The notes below the pieces were generated by a model. That model saw only the letters and a list, made by a program, of their open reading frames with translations. It was not told the origin of the DNA and did no database searches. A stretch of 64,000 bases of DNA from Candidatus Babeliales bacterium. GTDB taxonomy: Bacteria; Babelota; Babeliae; Babelales; JBFXEV01. How positions within the stretch are numbered: position 1 is the first letter of the stretch; each line of letters starts with the position of its first letter. The position numbers and the translations under genes were made by a program. Location: the NCBI GenBank assembly GCA_050179755.1, contig JBFXEV010000001.1, forward strand, positions 201,994 through 265,993, in the 5' to 3' direction. This document shows positions 9,950 to 19,707 of the stretch, piece by piece.

Positions 9950-12276
9950 AGATTCCTCAAATTTGCAAAGAAGGTTATACCACATCCATTAGAATCATTG
10001 ATTACAGCTGAAATCTTAATTTTGTTTTTAAGCTCGGATCTGTAAAGAGTTTTTCCTAGCTGTTGAATAACCTCATCCGGCTCTTTAATTATGCCATAAT
10101 AACATTTCATGAGATCGCTTGTATCCCATTTTTTTGGAAAAAATGAGCGTTTAACCCATTTACCGTTGATAAATACTTTTGCACGATAAAAATCATCGGC
10201 AAACAATTCAATATCTTTAATCAGGCCTAGCTTTTCGTAAAAACCATTTCTGTCTTGATGAAACCCAATAATTTCGCCATTTTTACCGACCATGGCCACC
10301 CATGTATGGTCAAACGGTGGTATAATCAAATGCCCATTATGTGTTATTTGTTGAATATGTTTACTAGCTTCTAAATGCTCTGCATCTGAAAGCGGCTTCA
10401 TCGCTTGAATTATATCCATTGGTGGGTTTGGAATATTGCCACCGCCACTCACCGGAATATTTGAGCCATCGCCACCCGAGCCGGCATTTTGAGCAAACAC
10501 AGCCAAAGGCGCAACTTTAGCAGCTTTATCAATCGCTGCCGCTGCAGCTTGACCAGCCGCTTCAATTGCTGCAGCACGTTCAGCTGCTATTATAGCTTCA
10601 TAGGTAATTGCTGCTTCAAATGAACCTGCATTGAAAGGCAAGTCCATAAAGTTCTGCGAACCGCCGCCTGCTTCAATAATACTTTTTAATGCACCGCTAC
10701 CATTGATTGCCAGAGAACTAAACGCGCTCAACGTTACTTGAGTTAATGCCATGTCGGTAGCTAGAGCGGTTCCTTCTTCTGCAGCATACAAAACATTCTC
10801 TTTGGTTAAGTTGTTCCACGCACCATTTAAAACATACCCAACTTTTTGCGCATATTGCTCAAACGCTTGCGCCAGCTCTGCAAGACCTATTTCTTCTACT
10901 GGTGGGGCAACATAAGTACCATGCCAGCGATCCTTTAGTTCCTGTGCAGTTTCCTTTAACGCATTTTTGATACTTAAATATGCACGGTACTTTACATCCT
11001 CCGTTAACTCAACAACAAGATAGGCCAAATTTCTTATATTATTTCGTGTATCGCGTAATGTTTTAATAGGGTTGCGCACTTTGTCGATAAAGTTTTTACC
11101 TCCTTTTACAGCACCTCTACCAATCGCATTCTCTAACTCACATTCAAAAGCATAGGCTTCCTTAATGCAGTTAATTACGCCCCAGCAAAAATCTGCGAAG
11201 GTGCACGCATTTTTAATATGTCCTGCTTGATTATGCTGAGTACCTGCATGAGCAAAATGCGTTAATGTTGTTGTAAGGTTCTTGCGATCACCTAAATTTC
11301 CATTACAACGTAAGTCAGCAGTATCTGCTAAAATGGAAAGCATTTCTTGGTGCAAGACATGTTGCACTTGATTGCCATATAAAAGAGTATAAGAAGCAGT
11401 ATCAATGCTATGATCTTTAAGTAAATGCGTAACGTCTGATGAAACGCTATACGTTTCTTCTTTCCAAGAAACTACACCCTGTTGATACGCACTCAAAGCA
11501 TCAATACGTTTAACCAAAAACTTTTCTTGCAAAGTCATTGGTTCATTAAGCTCAGTAGTTTCTATTCCCTGATACCATGCATAATCCGCCAGTAAATCAT
11601 TTTCGGGCTGCTGCATTACAGCAGCAATCTGACTTTTCAAAAGTTCATCTTTGTTTTGCTTTGGCGCGACCGGTTTAGACTCTATTTTCGTTGGCTGGAG
11701 CTTTTGTTTATGCACAGATGAGACTGATCCATAATCGTATTGAGAGGAACAATATGAAAACTCAGATGCCATATCCATAATAATTGCTTTAAACTCATTA
11801 TGCGAACAGCCTTCAATTTCAAAAACTTTTCCTTGCTCTATTTCTGTTTTAAATTGAAGAACTCTCTTTTGATAGAAAGGAGACCAACGCAAAAAATCTC
11901 GAAATCCTGAAAAACGATAGAAACTGGTCTTTCTAAAAATAGGATCATCAAGAAGATCCTCACTATAACTCCACTCAAACGTATACCGATTATATTGAAA
12001 ATTTTCTGCAAACTTATCTGCATCCCATCCAGTATAAACACTATCTTGCCATCGCCTGTCTTTTTCAAAGCGCTTCTCTTTCTTTTTAACCTCAGATTCA
12101 CCTCTGCACCAATAATATGCCCCTGCTACAAACCCTAAAACTCTATGAAAAAAGGTTATATTTTCATGAGAGCGCGAGGAATTATTGCGAAATTCATTAT
12201 AAGAATTATCTGGATAAGAATGTATTTGACCAAACATTAATATGAAGAAAAGATTAAGATAAAATACTCGTTTCAT
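9946..12276 (-). CDS. Secreted polymorphic toxin with C-terminal bacterial EndoU-like nuclease domain
   Basis: Signal peptide, long helical body, Ala-rich and Gly/Ser linker, then PFDHTW...GFHQD...KRSFFPKKW...GITFF. Confidence 0.78.
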   Translation of the reverse strand: MKRVFYLNLFFILMFGQIHSYPDNSYNEFRNNSSRSHENITFFHRVLGFVAGAYYWCRGESEVKKKEKRFEKDRRWQDSVYTGWDADKFAENFQYNRYTFEWSYSEDLLDDPIFRKTSFYRFSGFRDFLRWSPFYQKRVLQFKTEIEQGKVFEIEGCSHNEFKAIIMDMASEFSYCSSQYDYGSVSSVHKQKLQPTKIESKPVAPKQNKDELLKSQIAAVMQQPENDLLADYAWYQGIETTELNEPMTLQEKFLVKRIDALSAYQQGVVSWKEETYSVSSDVTHLLKDHSIDTASYTLLYGNQVQHVLHQEMLSILADTADLRCNGNLGDRKNLTTTLTHFAHAGTQHNQAGHIKNACTFADFCWGVINCIKEAYAFECELENAIGRGAVKGGKNFIDKVRNPIKTLRDTRNNIRNLAYLVVELTEDVKYRAYLSIKNALKETAQELKDRWHGTYVAPPVEEIGLAELAQAFEQYAQKVGYVLNGAWNNLTKENVLYAAEEGTALATDMALTQVTLSAFSSLAINGSGALKSIIEAGGGSQNFMDLPFNAGSFEAAITYEAIIAAERAAAIEAAGQAAAAAIDKAAKVAPLAVFAQNAGSGGDGSNIPVSGGGNIPNPPMDIIQAMKPLSDAEHLEASKHIQQITHNGHLIIPPFDHTWVAMVGKNGEIIGFHQDRNGFYEKLGLIKDIELFADDFYRAKVFINGKWVKRSFFPKKWDTSDLMKCYYGIIKEPDEVIQQLGKTLYRSELKNKIKISAVINDSNGCGITFFANLRNL

Positions 12277-12532
12277 GTATGTTCCTAAAGATGAAGGTAT
12301 CTAAATCTTACAAACCATGAGCAAGTATAAAGATTAAAAATAGTGTGTAAAGTCATCTCAAAACATCGATACAATCAACAACACCGCATATTTATTATTG
12401 GTAATTTTCGTAATCATATAAACAGTGCACACTCTACGCTAACTAGCTACTAATTTATTAATTAGCATTAATATCTATACTGTAAACAAAGTGTTAGATA
12501 TTTTTTCACCATGCTACTCGGGAGAATCTCAT

Positions 12533-12931
12533 ATGACCTTAAAAGCAATTCTATTAATCACTCTATTAAGCAGCACATACTGCACTGCAATGGATGGCCT
12601 GTTTCAAATGCCTAGTCGACCAGTGCTTTATAAACGATTAACAAATGGTTCAACATGCCTTCATGAAGGTGACATAGAAGCATTTAATTTAGCAGGAGTT
12701 CTTGGAGGTAAAAAACTTTTATTCATGGAGATAAATACCCGTGTAACAGGTGCAGTTAAACGTCATTGTGCATTTCTTGTACGGGAATTGCGAGAAGTCA
12801 GCTCAAGGGAATCGATAGAAAAATGCATCCCTGATTGGGAAAAAACGATGCTTATTACTATTTTACAAGATTATGAAGAAGCATTGGATGAAATAAAAAA
12901 ACAGTCAGCAATAGAAGCACCAATAAAATAG
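12533..12931 (+). CDS. Secreted hypothetical protein, paralog family A
   Basis: ...CTAMD; QMPSRPVLYKRL, MLITILQDYEEA; GGAGA RBS. Confidence 0.7.
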   Translation: MTLKAILLITLLSSTYCTAMDGLFQMPSRPVLYKRLTNGSTCLHEGDIEAFNLAGVLGGKKLLFMEINTRVTGAVKRHCAFLVRELREVSSRESIEKCIPDWEKTMLITILQDYEEALDEIKKQSAIEAPIK

Positions 12932-12940
12932 CCACGATAA

Positions 12941-12970
12941 AAAAGAGGAGAACTTGCATTCTCCTCTTAA
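12941..12970. terminator. Probable bidirectional intrinsic terminator
   Basis: aagaggagaa-cttgca-ttctcctctt hairpin between convergent genes. Confidence 0.65.
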
Positions 12971-12980
12971 AAGTATTTGC

Positions 12981-13373
12981 TTATACTTTGCTTGCAATCA
13001 AAGATATTCTAAAAACATCTTCTTCTTGATTATCTTTCATTTGACCGAACGCAACAGTAGCTTCGTTATTGTACTCAACACAAAGTGATGGTGCAGTAAC
13101 AAGCTCAAAATTGCCTTCTTCATTTGCAACGTACACTGCATAATTAACCAAAAGCACGTCATTTTGCTCACTTGCAAAATTAGCTTCTATATACATTGAA
13201 TCATTGCTATAAATAACTGCTGATTCTTGCATATCAAGTTGCACTTCGGTTGCGATGCATTGCTTACCTTCACCAGGAAGTGTCATTTCAATATTTGAAT
13301 TGAATTGCACACGTGCCGATGCAAGTGAACAGGTTGCCAGCAAACCAAGGGTAAATAGTTTAGAAGAAATCAT
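12981..13373 (-). CDS. Secreted hypothetical beta-rich protein
   Basis: AAGGAG RBS; signal peptide MISSKLFTLGLLATCSLASA. Confidence 0.7.
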   Translation of the reverse strand: MISSKLFTLGLLATCSLASARVQFNSNIEMTLPGEGKQCIATEVQLDMQESAVIYSNDSMYIEANFASEQNDVLLVNYAVYVANEEGNFELVTAPSLCVEYNNEATVAFGQMKDNQEEDVFRISLIASKV

Positions 13374-13495
13374 GTGAACTCCTTTGAGTAAAAACGTGAT
13401 GTAGATATGAGAACATAAATGACTAGTCACGCTCTACGGTACTGCCAGAGAAAAATAAAGTCAAATTTATTGTGAAAAGATAAGGTTTTTTTTGC

Positions 13496-14878
13496 TTACT
13501 CTACAATCTCGCCATCACGAACAAGTTGTGCGTTTTTATTGCCAACATAGATTGCCGCCAATATCCACACTGCAGAAAGTCCAAAACTAAAAAGCGTACC
13601 ATAGACAAGTAATTCACCTAAATCGTGCTTAAACAAATCATTAATTTGCGCGCCTCCAAGCTTTGCCATGCGGCCGCCAAATACGTCAATAAAGCCTTTT
13701 GTTTTAAACTTGGCATCCTTGCTTGTAGGAATATACATCATTTCTTTCACCGGGTTATTGACCGCATAACCAAGGCCTTTAGACATAATCATCACCAAAA
13801 AGATTGCAAACAGCAAAAATCCTGCCGACGGTGTGCCAAAAAGATAATAGGTAAGTAAACCTGCAAGCCCTGCAATTAAACAAACTGGAAAGAATAAAAG
13901 TCCAAAACGTAAACCAAAACGCTTAATCAAATAGCTGGTGCCAAGTAGCGCCATTAAAAATGAAAGCACATTCGTTGAAACACCATAAATGCCCTGAAAC
14001 TGTGCAAAGCCAAGTTCGCCTTCAAAATACGGGAACGTATCAGCTTGAGATTTCATTTGATATTCAAGAATTTGATTAATAACCTCAAAAAGCGTGGTCA
14101 CGAGCAGTATCCCCATTAAATAGGGTTTAGTTGCAAGCAATCTGATACCTTCCAAAAATCCAGCTTCTTTTTTATGCGCATGCTCTGGCATATCGCTTGC
14201 CATTTGAGTGTGTGGAGTTGTTTTTACAAAATAATACATCATAGGGATAATGCTTAGCGTAAATGCTGTCACCAACGCAAATAATTGCCACAAGCCCATT
14301 TTATGTGCTAAAAACATAAGCGAAGAGCCACCAATTGCCCCTAGTTGCGCGCCAGCAATAATCATGGGGTAACCACGCCGTGCAGCATCAGATGTGGTGA
14401 TACTATTAGTAAACGACCAAAAAAGGGCAATAATAAGTGAACCAAAACTCTCAATGGCAAAATAAGAAACCCATCCAAGCATTGAAAGCGCTGTTTTACC
14501 AAGATAGATGTTGCCATACGTTTCACGCAAAAAAAGCGTTAATGCAAACGTGCCAAATAATACTGCATACACTGCGCAAATGATATAAAACAGCACGTGC
14601 CGCTTCACAAGATCTACCAGCTTTGAGTACACAAGCACTAGGCCCAGCACCACAATAGGCGACCAAAATTTGGCAACAGGCTGCAGCAAACGACCTTGGC
14701 ACGGCAACCAGCCAAGTTCCATAGGAAAACAGACTTTAAAAAAGAGTGTGTCTTTTAAAAGCCGCAAAAGCCAATACGCCCCTACCGTTAAAAACAGGGT
14801 ACCCGCAAGGAGTTTAAACTTGCGTAGTTCAGCGCCATTTAAATCGGGATAAAAATAACTCACTACTGAGTTAATCAT
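13496..14878 (-). CDS. Nucleotide transporter, ATP/ADP translocase (TLC/NTT family)
   Basis: LLRLLKDT, FWSFTNSITTSDAARRGYP, KGLGYAVNNPVKEMMYIP, KFKTKGFIDVFGGRMAK. Confidence 0.9.
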   Translation of the reverse strand: MINSVVSYFYPDLNGAELRKFKLLAGTLFLTVGAYWLLRLLKDTLFFKVCFPMELGWLPCQGRLLQPVAKFWSPIVVLGLVLVYSKLVDLVKRHVLFYIICAVYAVLFGTFALTLFLRETYGNIYLGKTALSMLGWVSYFAIESFGSLIIALFWSFTNSITTSDAARRGYPMIIAGAQLGAIGGSSLMFLAHKMGLWQLFALVTAFTLSIIPMMYYFVKTTPHTQMASDMPEHAHKKEAGFLEGIRLLATKPYLMGILLVTTLFEVINQILEYQMKSQADTFPYFEGELGFAQFQGIYGVSTNVLSFLMALLGTSYLIKRFGLRFGLLFFPVCLIAGLAGLLTYYLFGTPSAGFLLFAIFLVMIMSKGLGYAVNNPVKEMMYIPTSKDAKFKTKGFIDVFGGRMAKLGGAQINDLFKHDLGELLVYGTLFSFGLSAVWILAAIYVGNKNAQLVRDGEIVE

Positions 14879-14902
14879 TGCAATGCCTTTGCGCGCAGCA
14901 AA

Positions 14903-15334
14903 TTACTCTTGGTCAGATTCTTCATCTTCAGAGCCATCTGCGCCGCTCATAAAATTCAAAAAGTCTTCTTCTGAGGTAAAACCATCAAGCGTTTGGGCAA
15001 AAAATCCTTCTGACCAAAAACCAGTTGATTGAGAAAATTCTTCATATGCAGGGAACGCTGCTTTGAGGCCTTTATTTGTAAAGGCTTTTATAGTTTTTAC
15101 TGCTGCATCAAGGCTTATAGTATGCGGAAGCTCTACTACAACGTGCACCAAATTATCATGAAACTCAACATCCTCAAGTTCCCACTGATTCTCTTGAGCA
15201 CAATCTTGAATTAATTGCTTGATTTTATCTGCAAGTGGCCCTTGTAAAACGCGCGATTGAGCCACCGGCCCGAGCATAAGATGATATTTTAAGCGGCAAA
15301 GCACTTGCTTTTCAAAATCACAATTTGTACACAT
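14903..15334 (-). CDS. IS200/IS605 TnpA (Y1 HUH)-like protein, catalytic residues degenerate
   Basis: LKYHLML, DNLVHVVV, VKTIKA, FWSEGFFAQT; HUH first His replaced by Leu, catalytic Tyr position appears to be Phe. Confidence 0.7.
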   Translation of the reverse strand: MCTNCDFEKQVLCRLKYHLMLGPVAQSRVLQGPLADKIKQLIQDCAQENQWELEDVEFHDNLVHVVVELPHTISLDAAVKTIKAFTNKGLKAAFPAYEEFSQSTGFWSEGFFAQTLDGFTSEEDFLNFMSGADGSEDEESDQE

Positions 15335-15450
15335 ACATACCTTTAAAATAGAAATAGGCCCGAAGGCACTTAATACAACAAACTATAGGATACTCTTAGT
15401 GTATAGTAATCCGTTGCATCCCTCAACTCATTTCCAGCCTGCGCCATGGT

Positions 15451-15476
15451 CCGCTCGTCCTGAGCTTGTCGAAGGA
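15451..15476 (+). repeat. REP-like repeat family A (CCGCTCRTCCTGAGCTTGTCGAAGGA)
   Basis: Near-identical copies at 27212, 51946, 52071, 55528; variant at 15502-15530. Confidence 0.85.
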
Positions 15477-15531
15477 CGGCGGACAGACTATCCTTTCCGA
15501 TCCGCCTGAGCAAGCAAAGCGCGTCGAAGGG

Positions 15532-16146
15532 TCACCCTATCACTTTAGTAAACTCTGCAAACCCTTCAGGAGATTTTTGCAACGTAAAGCCTGCTTTTTC
15601 ATAAATTCTTTGCGCAGGTAGATTGCTTGACCTAGTCACAAGAGCAATTTTATTGGCCCCCCGTGCCTTTAGGTCATCTACTGCGGCATTAACAAGTTGC
15701 AAGCCATAGCCTGCTCCACGAAATGCAGGATCCACGTAAATAAAACGAATTTTACCCAAATAAAAGTTTTTATTATAATAGGCAGAAAATCCTGCTGGCT
15801 TGCCTTCAACATAGAGCATCTTCATAATAAGATCCCCCTTAGTAGAAAGATCACGAGAAGCACTCATGGTTTTCATCATATCTTCGGGTGAAAAATCTGA
15901 TCGACTGCCATCAACAAGCCAATACCAATTTTCATCGTCCTCAAACACTGCATTAACATAGTCATGGTCTCGTTGATAATTAAAATCAACAATGCCGGTG
16001 GTTACAGGAACTGGCGCACGTACATGCACTATCTTTTTTGGCTGCTCTTGGTGCTGATGCATATAAAGCATTACACCACCAGTCAGAGCTAAAAGACACC
16101 CGGTAAACAACGTGATTTGAAATAATTTTGATCTCAATATGCTCAT
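15532..16146 (-). CDS. Membrane-anchored GNAT acetyltransferase
   Basis: N-terminal TM; YVDPAFRGAGYG, NLPAQRIYEKAGF. Confidence 0.88.
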   Translation of the reverse strand: MSILRSKLFQITLFTGCLLALTGGVMLYMHQHQEQPKKIVHVRAPVPVTTGIVDFNYQRDHDYVNAVFEDDENWYWLVDGSRSDFSPEDMMKTMSASRDLSTKGDLIMKMLYVEGKPAGFSAYYNKNFYLGKIRFIYVDPAFRGAGYGLQLVNAAVDDLKARGANKIALVTRSSNLPAQRIYEKAGFTLQKSPEGFAEFTKVIG

Positions 16147-16155
16147 AATAACCTG

Positions 16156-16896
16156 CTATTTTATGTATCTTATCTTCTTTAATAATAACCCTTTTGCAGG
16201 GGCATTAGGCAAGAGTTGGCGTGGATGTTCTTTTGCTAAAGCCTCACTAAGCACATTGATGGGCATATGTTGTGATGCGGCCACTTTAATACACGCACCC
16301 ACAACGCGCCTAATCATATGTTGCAAAAACTTTTGACCAACAACTTCAATGCGATACACATTATACCGTTTTAAATAGGTCACGTGAATGGCGTCTATAG
16401 TGCGTATGGTATTCTCTCGTGACCAGCCAGAAGAAAACGATCTAAAATCATGTGTTCCTTCAAAAACCTTTAAGCACTGCTTGAGCTTTTCTATATCAAT
16501 AGGCCATTCATAATGCCAACCATACCTTGCCAAAAATGGCAGCGGCCGTTCTTGGAATATATGGTACCAATATACTTTATACTCAACGTTATAAAATGGA
16601 TGAAATTTCTCTGGGGCCACTTCTACTGATCGAATGTTAATTGATTCCGGCAACAAATTATTCATAGCAGCTTTAATATCATGAGGCTTTAAATCAAGTT
16701 CTGTTTTTAAAAGCATTACTTGCCCCAGTGCGTGCACACCAGCATCAGTGCGAGAGGCGCCCACCATTTGGAACTCACCTTCAAAAGAACGCGCAAATGC
16801 ATTATGCACCGTGTCTGCTATAGAATTTTTCTGCGGCTGTTTGGCCCAGCCAGAAAAATCCGTGCCATCATAAGCAATAATAAGTTTATAATTCAC
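16156..16896 (-). CDS. truA: tRNA pseudouridine(38-40) synthase
   Basis: AYDGTDFSGW, GASRTDAGVHALGQ, GTHDFRSF; likely GTG start just after the upstream stop. Confidence 0.95.
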   Translation of the reverse strand: MNYKLIIAYDGTDFSGWAKQPQKNSIADTVHNAFARSFEGEFQMVGASRTDAGVHALGQVMLLKTELDLKPHDIKAAMNNLLPESINIRSVEVAPEKFHPFYNVEYKVYWYHIFQERPLPFLARYGWHYEWPIDIEKLKQCLKVFEGTHDFRSFSSGWSRENTIRTIDAIHVTYLKRYNVYRIEVVGQKFLQHMIRRVVGACIKVAASQHMPINVLSEALAKEHPRQLLPNAPAKGLLLKKIRYIK

Positions 16897-16897
16897 G

Positions 16898-18406
16898 TTA
16901 ATACCATGTAATCCACGGTTTTTCTTGAGCTTTAGATCTTTCATATTTTTCTTGCCATTCACGTTCCCTTGCTGCCTGCTCTTCTTTTTTCTTTCTTGCA
17001 TCTTCTATTGCATTTTTTTCTTGTAATGTATGGATTGATTTCACGCGATCAACATACGTTCTTATAACACTTTTACGCAAATTCGCATCAGTGTTTTCTC
17101 TCCAAACTTGCAAAAGCTGTTCAAGATTAAGATTAAACGCCTTTGCCATCCAACATATAAAAGCATCATCGGTCGCTTGTTGCTTCTCACTTGGGCACAT
17201 CGGTTTTTTTCTTTTAAGTATACATAGTGTAAGATGTTCTTTAAGCACTAAGCGCAAGAGCATCAACTCAAAACGCGGTTCATTATATTTTTCCCACACT
17301 TTAGTAGCGTGATCGTCACAAGCAACAACCAATTGATTTTTGCACGGCTTTATTGCAATAGATCGCACAATGGCCAGATGCTCAAGGCGCGCAACTTCTT
17401 TATTAGTATGCATATCAAAAACAAATACGTTACTATGATTTGCAACAAATAAACGGGAACCTCTTTGATTAAATAAAAGTATAGAAACCGCATTAAGATA
17501 GTGACATCTTAAAACAGATTGTTTTTTGAGTGTTTGATCTTTGTGCCATATCGTAACAGTTCCATTGTCACCCCCTGTAGCATAGACACTCTCATATGGA
17601 TGAGCTGCCACTGCAGTTATTTTTTTAACATTAGGATCTGTCGCGTAGGTAATGATTCCACGATCTCCTTCATACTCATGTAATTCTAACTTATTATCAG
17701 CAACTGCCAGAAAATCTGTACCCTTTTGGCAAAACGCAACTTGCGAACTTTTCACATCTGAATGATGCGTTGGAATACCGCCCTCTAAAGGCCAAATTTT
17801 CATTCGAGGGATAACGCCTGCCTCACCCTTATGTGGCCATGTACAAATATGTGTACCTTGTTGATTAATCGCTAACACGCGAGGCCCACTCTGATCTTTC
17901 ACAATCTTTACTGTTTTACCTGTATAATCCACTCTTTCTAATGTTTGATTATCAAGTGAAGCAATCATAAAAGGCTGTGTGGGTGAAGCCACAAGGCCGG
18001 TAAGTGTACAGCCATATTGCTTTGTAACAGTTTTTTTGCCCCGTTGATCATATAAACGCAATGCATTATCTGTGCACGCTGCGGCAAGCAAAGCGCCATC
18101 TGAACTATAGCAAACTACCTGTGCAGGAGCGTCTGTTTGGCAATCAATTTCTTTGCTATACCACCACTCTTTGCCCTTCATAACCTCTTGAACCCATTTC
18201 TTTTTAAGATCATTAAGACCTTGGCTCGCACATACATTTGAAAGACCAAAATAATTATATAGCGATTGTGTCTGTTTTTTTGTTGTTTGAATTACTGGTG
18301 AATCTTCTTTCTGTGATGTATGTTCACTTTGCATACCAACAACAGGCGCTGGATAAATCACAGACAACATCACAAGTAAGTTTCTTCTAAAAAGAGAATG
18401 TAGCAT
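16898..18406 (-). CDS. Secreted WD40-repeat protein
   Basis: WD repeats (ATGGDNGTVTIW, VACDDHATKVW); shares family N- and C-terminal domains with 20213-24399 genes. Confidence 0.8.
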   Translation of the reverse strand: MLHSLFRRNLLVMLSVIYPAPVVGMQSEHTSQKEDSPVIQTTKKQTQSLYNYFGLSNVCASQGLNDLKKKWVQEVMKGKEWWYSKEIDCQTDAPAQVVCYSSDGALLAAACTDNALRLYDQRGKKTVTKQYGCTLTGLVASPTQPFMIASLDNQTLERVDYTGKTVKIVKDQSGPRVLAINQQGTHICTWPHKGEAGVIPRMKIWPLEGGIPTHHSDVKSSQVAFCQKGTDFLAVADNKLELHEYEGDRGIITYATDPNVKKITAVAAHPYESVYATGGDNGTVTIWHKDQTLKKQSVLRCHYLNAVSILLFNQRGSRLFVANHSNVFVFDMHTNKEVARLEHLAIVRSIAIKPCKNQLVVACDDHATKVWEKYNEPRFELMLLRLVLKEHLTLCILKRKKPMCPSEKQQATDDAFICWMAKAFNLNLEQLLQVWRENTDANLRKSVIRTYVDRVKSIHTLQEKNAIEDARKKKEEQAAREREWQEKYERSKAQEKPWITWY

Positions 18407-18415
18407 TTAAATCAA

Positions 18416-19516
18416 TCAAGTAACCAGTTGTTCATATTTTTTTGCTAACCTATACATTCTACCCTTACGCGCAGGCTGGGCAACCTCTAAAAAGCCTTCC
18501 TGCACCCACTTTGTGCACCAATTACGCGCAGTGCGATCTGCTATACCAAAACGCTGGGCAATTTGATTAGAAGTAAGTAAAGCATGTTCCTGAAATAAGG
18601 CAAGCACTTGCCGCTGCGCTTTGCTCAATTCTCGCAATATCCCAGTTTGATCTTGTGCTCCAGCCTGCGCAGCTTGGCGTGCACGTAGCTCCACGCGATC
18701 AAATGCGTCTGCCATACCAACACAAAAATATTCAACCCATTGAGTAATGTCAGCCTCTTCTCGCCCCATGTAATAGTTATGCGATGGCCCAATGGTCAAT
18801 GCATCATAATATGCTTGTATATCACGCGCATAATATTCATCAAGAGAATAAATGCCTTTTAGATCATACCCTCCTTGATGCACCAAGAGTGTTGCAAGTA
18901 AACGCGCCGTGCGCCCATTGCCATCTAAATACGGATGAATAGTGGCAAATTGATAATGCGCAATGGCTGCAATAATGGGGCATGGTATAGTATCTTTTTT
19001 TTCAGAAATCCAGGCAACTAGATCTTGCATCAATTCAGGCACATCTTTTGCTTCAGGTGGCATGTATACAATACGCCCCGAACCAGATTCTTTAATAACA
19101 TTTTGGCTCTCTCGATACGGCGATGGTTTTACTTTTACTTTACCACCAGCAATCACCAAAGCGTGCAATGTTTTAATCAAGTCCTGCGTAATGGGCGTAT
19201 TTTGCGCAACATATTTTTGCACCGCTTCTAATGCTTTATAATAGCCGCGTACTTCTTTTTCATCACGCTCACGACCAGGTATCATCTGATCTTTTTTTAT
19301 AACTTCTACCACTTGTTCTTGCGTTAATCGATTGCCTTCTATCATAGTAGAATAATGGACCGTTTGATAACGAGAGGTCTCTCGTAATTTGGCAAGCATG
19401 TGGCCAGTTATTGGCAATAATGACACTGCCTTTTGAGTAGCTTCAATGCGCATTAAAGCTTTTACTATGCTGTGCGTTAAACGATAATGAGGCGTAAATA
19501 GGTGTTTTTTGGGCAT
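18416..19516 (-). CDS. Fic family protein with C-terminal HTH
   Basis: HPYLDGNGRTAR catalytic motif, STMIEGN inhibitory motif, C-terminal winged HTH. Confidence 0.92.
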   Translation of the reverse strand: MPKKHLFTPHYRLTHSIVKALMRIEATQKAVSLLPITGHMLAKLRETSRYQTVHYSTMIEGNRLTQEQVVEVIKKDQMIPGRERDEKEVRGYYKALEAVQKYVAQNTPITQDLIKTLHALVIAGGKVKVKPSPYRESQNVIKESGSGRIVYMPPEAKDVPELMQDLVAWISEKKDTIPCPIIAAIAHYQFATIHPYLDGNGRTARLLATLLVHQGGYDLKGIYSLDEYYARDIQAYYDALTIGPSHNYYMGREEADITQWVEYFCVGMADAFDRVELRARQAAQAGAQDQTGILRELSKAQRQVLALFQEHALLTSNQIAQRFGIADRTARNWCTKWVQEGFLEVAQPARKGRMYRLAKKYEQLVT

Positions 19517-19526
19517 TTAATTCCTT

Positions 19527-19586
19527 TTTATCGGCCATTTAACGGCATTATCCTTACTTTTAGTATGCCGTTATTTGGCCGATAAA
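19527..19586. promoter_or_regulatory. Long inverted repeat upstream of fic
   Basis: tttatcggcca-tt-taacggcat ... atgccgtta-tt-tggccgataaa. Confidence 0.6.
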
Positions 19587-19707
19587 TCAAGATTCCGCTT
19601 AATTAGAGGTTTTTAGTACAAGAACAAATCCCTCTTGTGCGATAGAGGTAATTTAAGCTATGCTTTAAGAATCGTAAGCACATAATTTTTAAGAAAGGCA
19701 AACCTAT

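Noticed and set aside
14903..15334. Active IS200/IS605 element
   Set aside because: HUH and Tyr appear substituted, no tnpB, no recognisable subterminal IS hairpins
16897..17001. N-terminal extension of TruA
   Set aside because: Overlaps the upstream WD40 gene; homology starts at VNYKLIIAYDG
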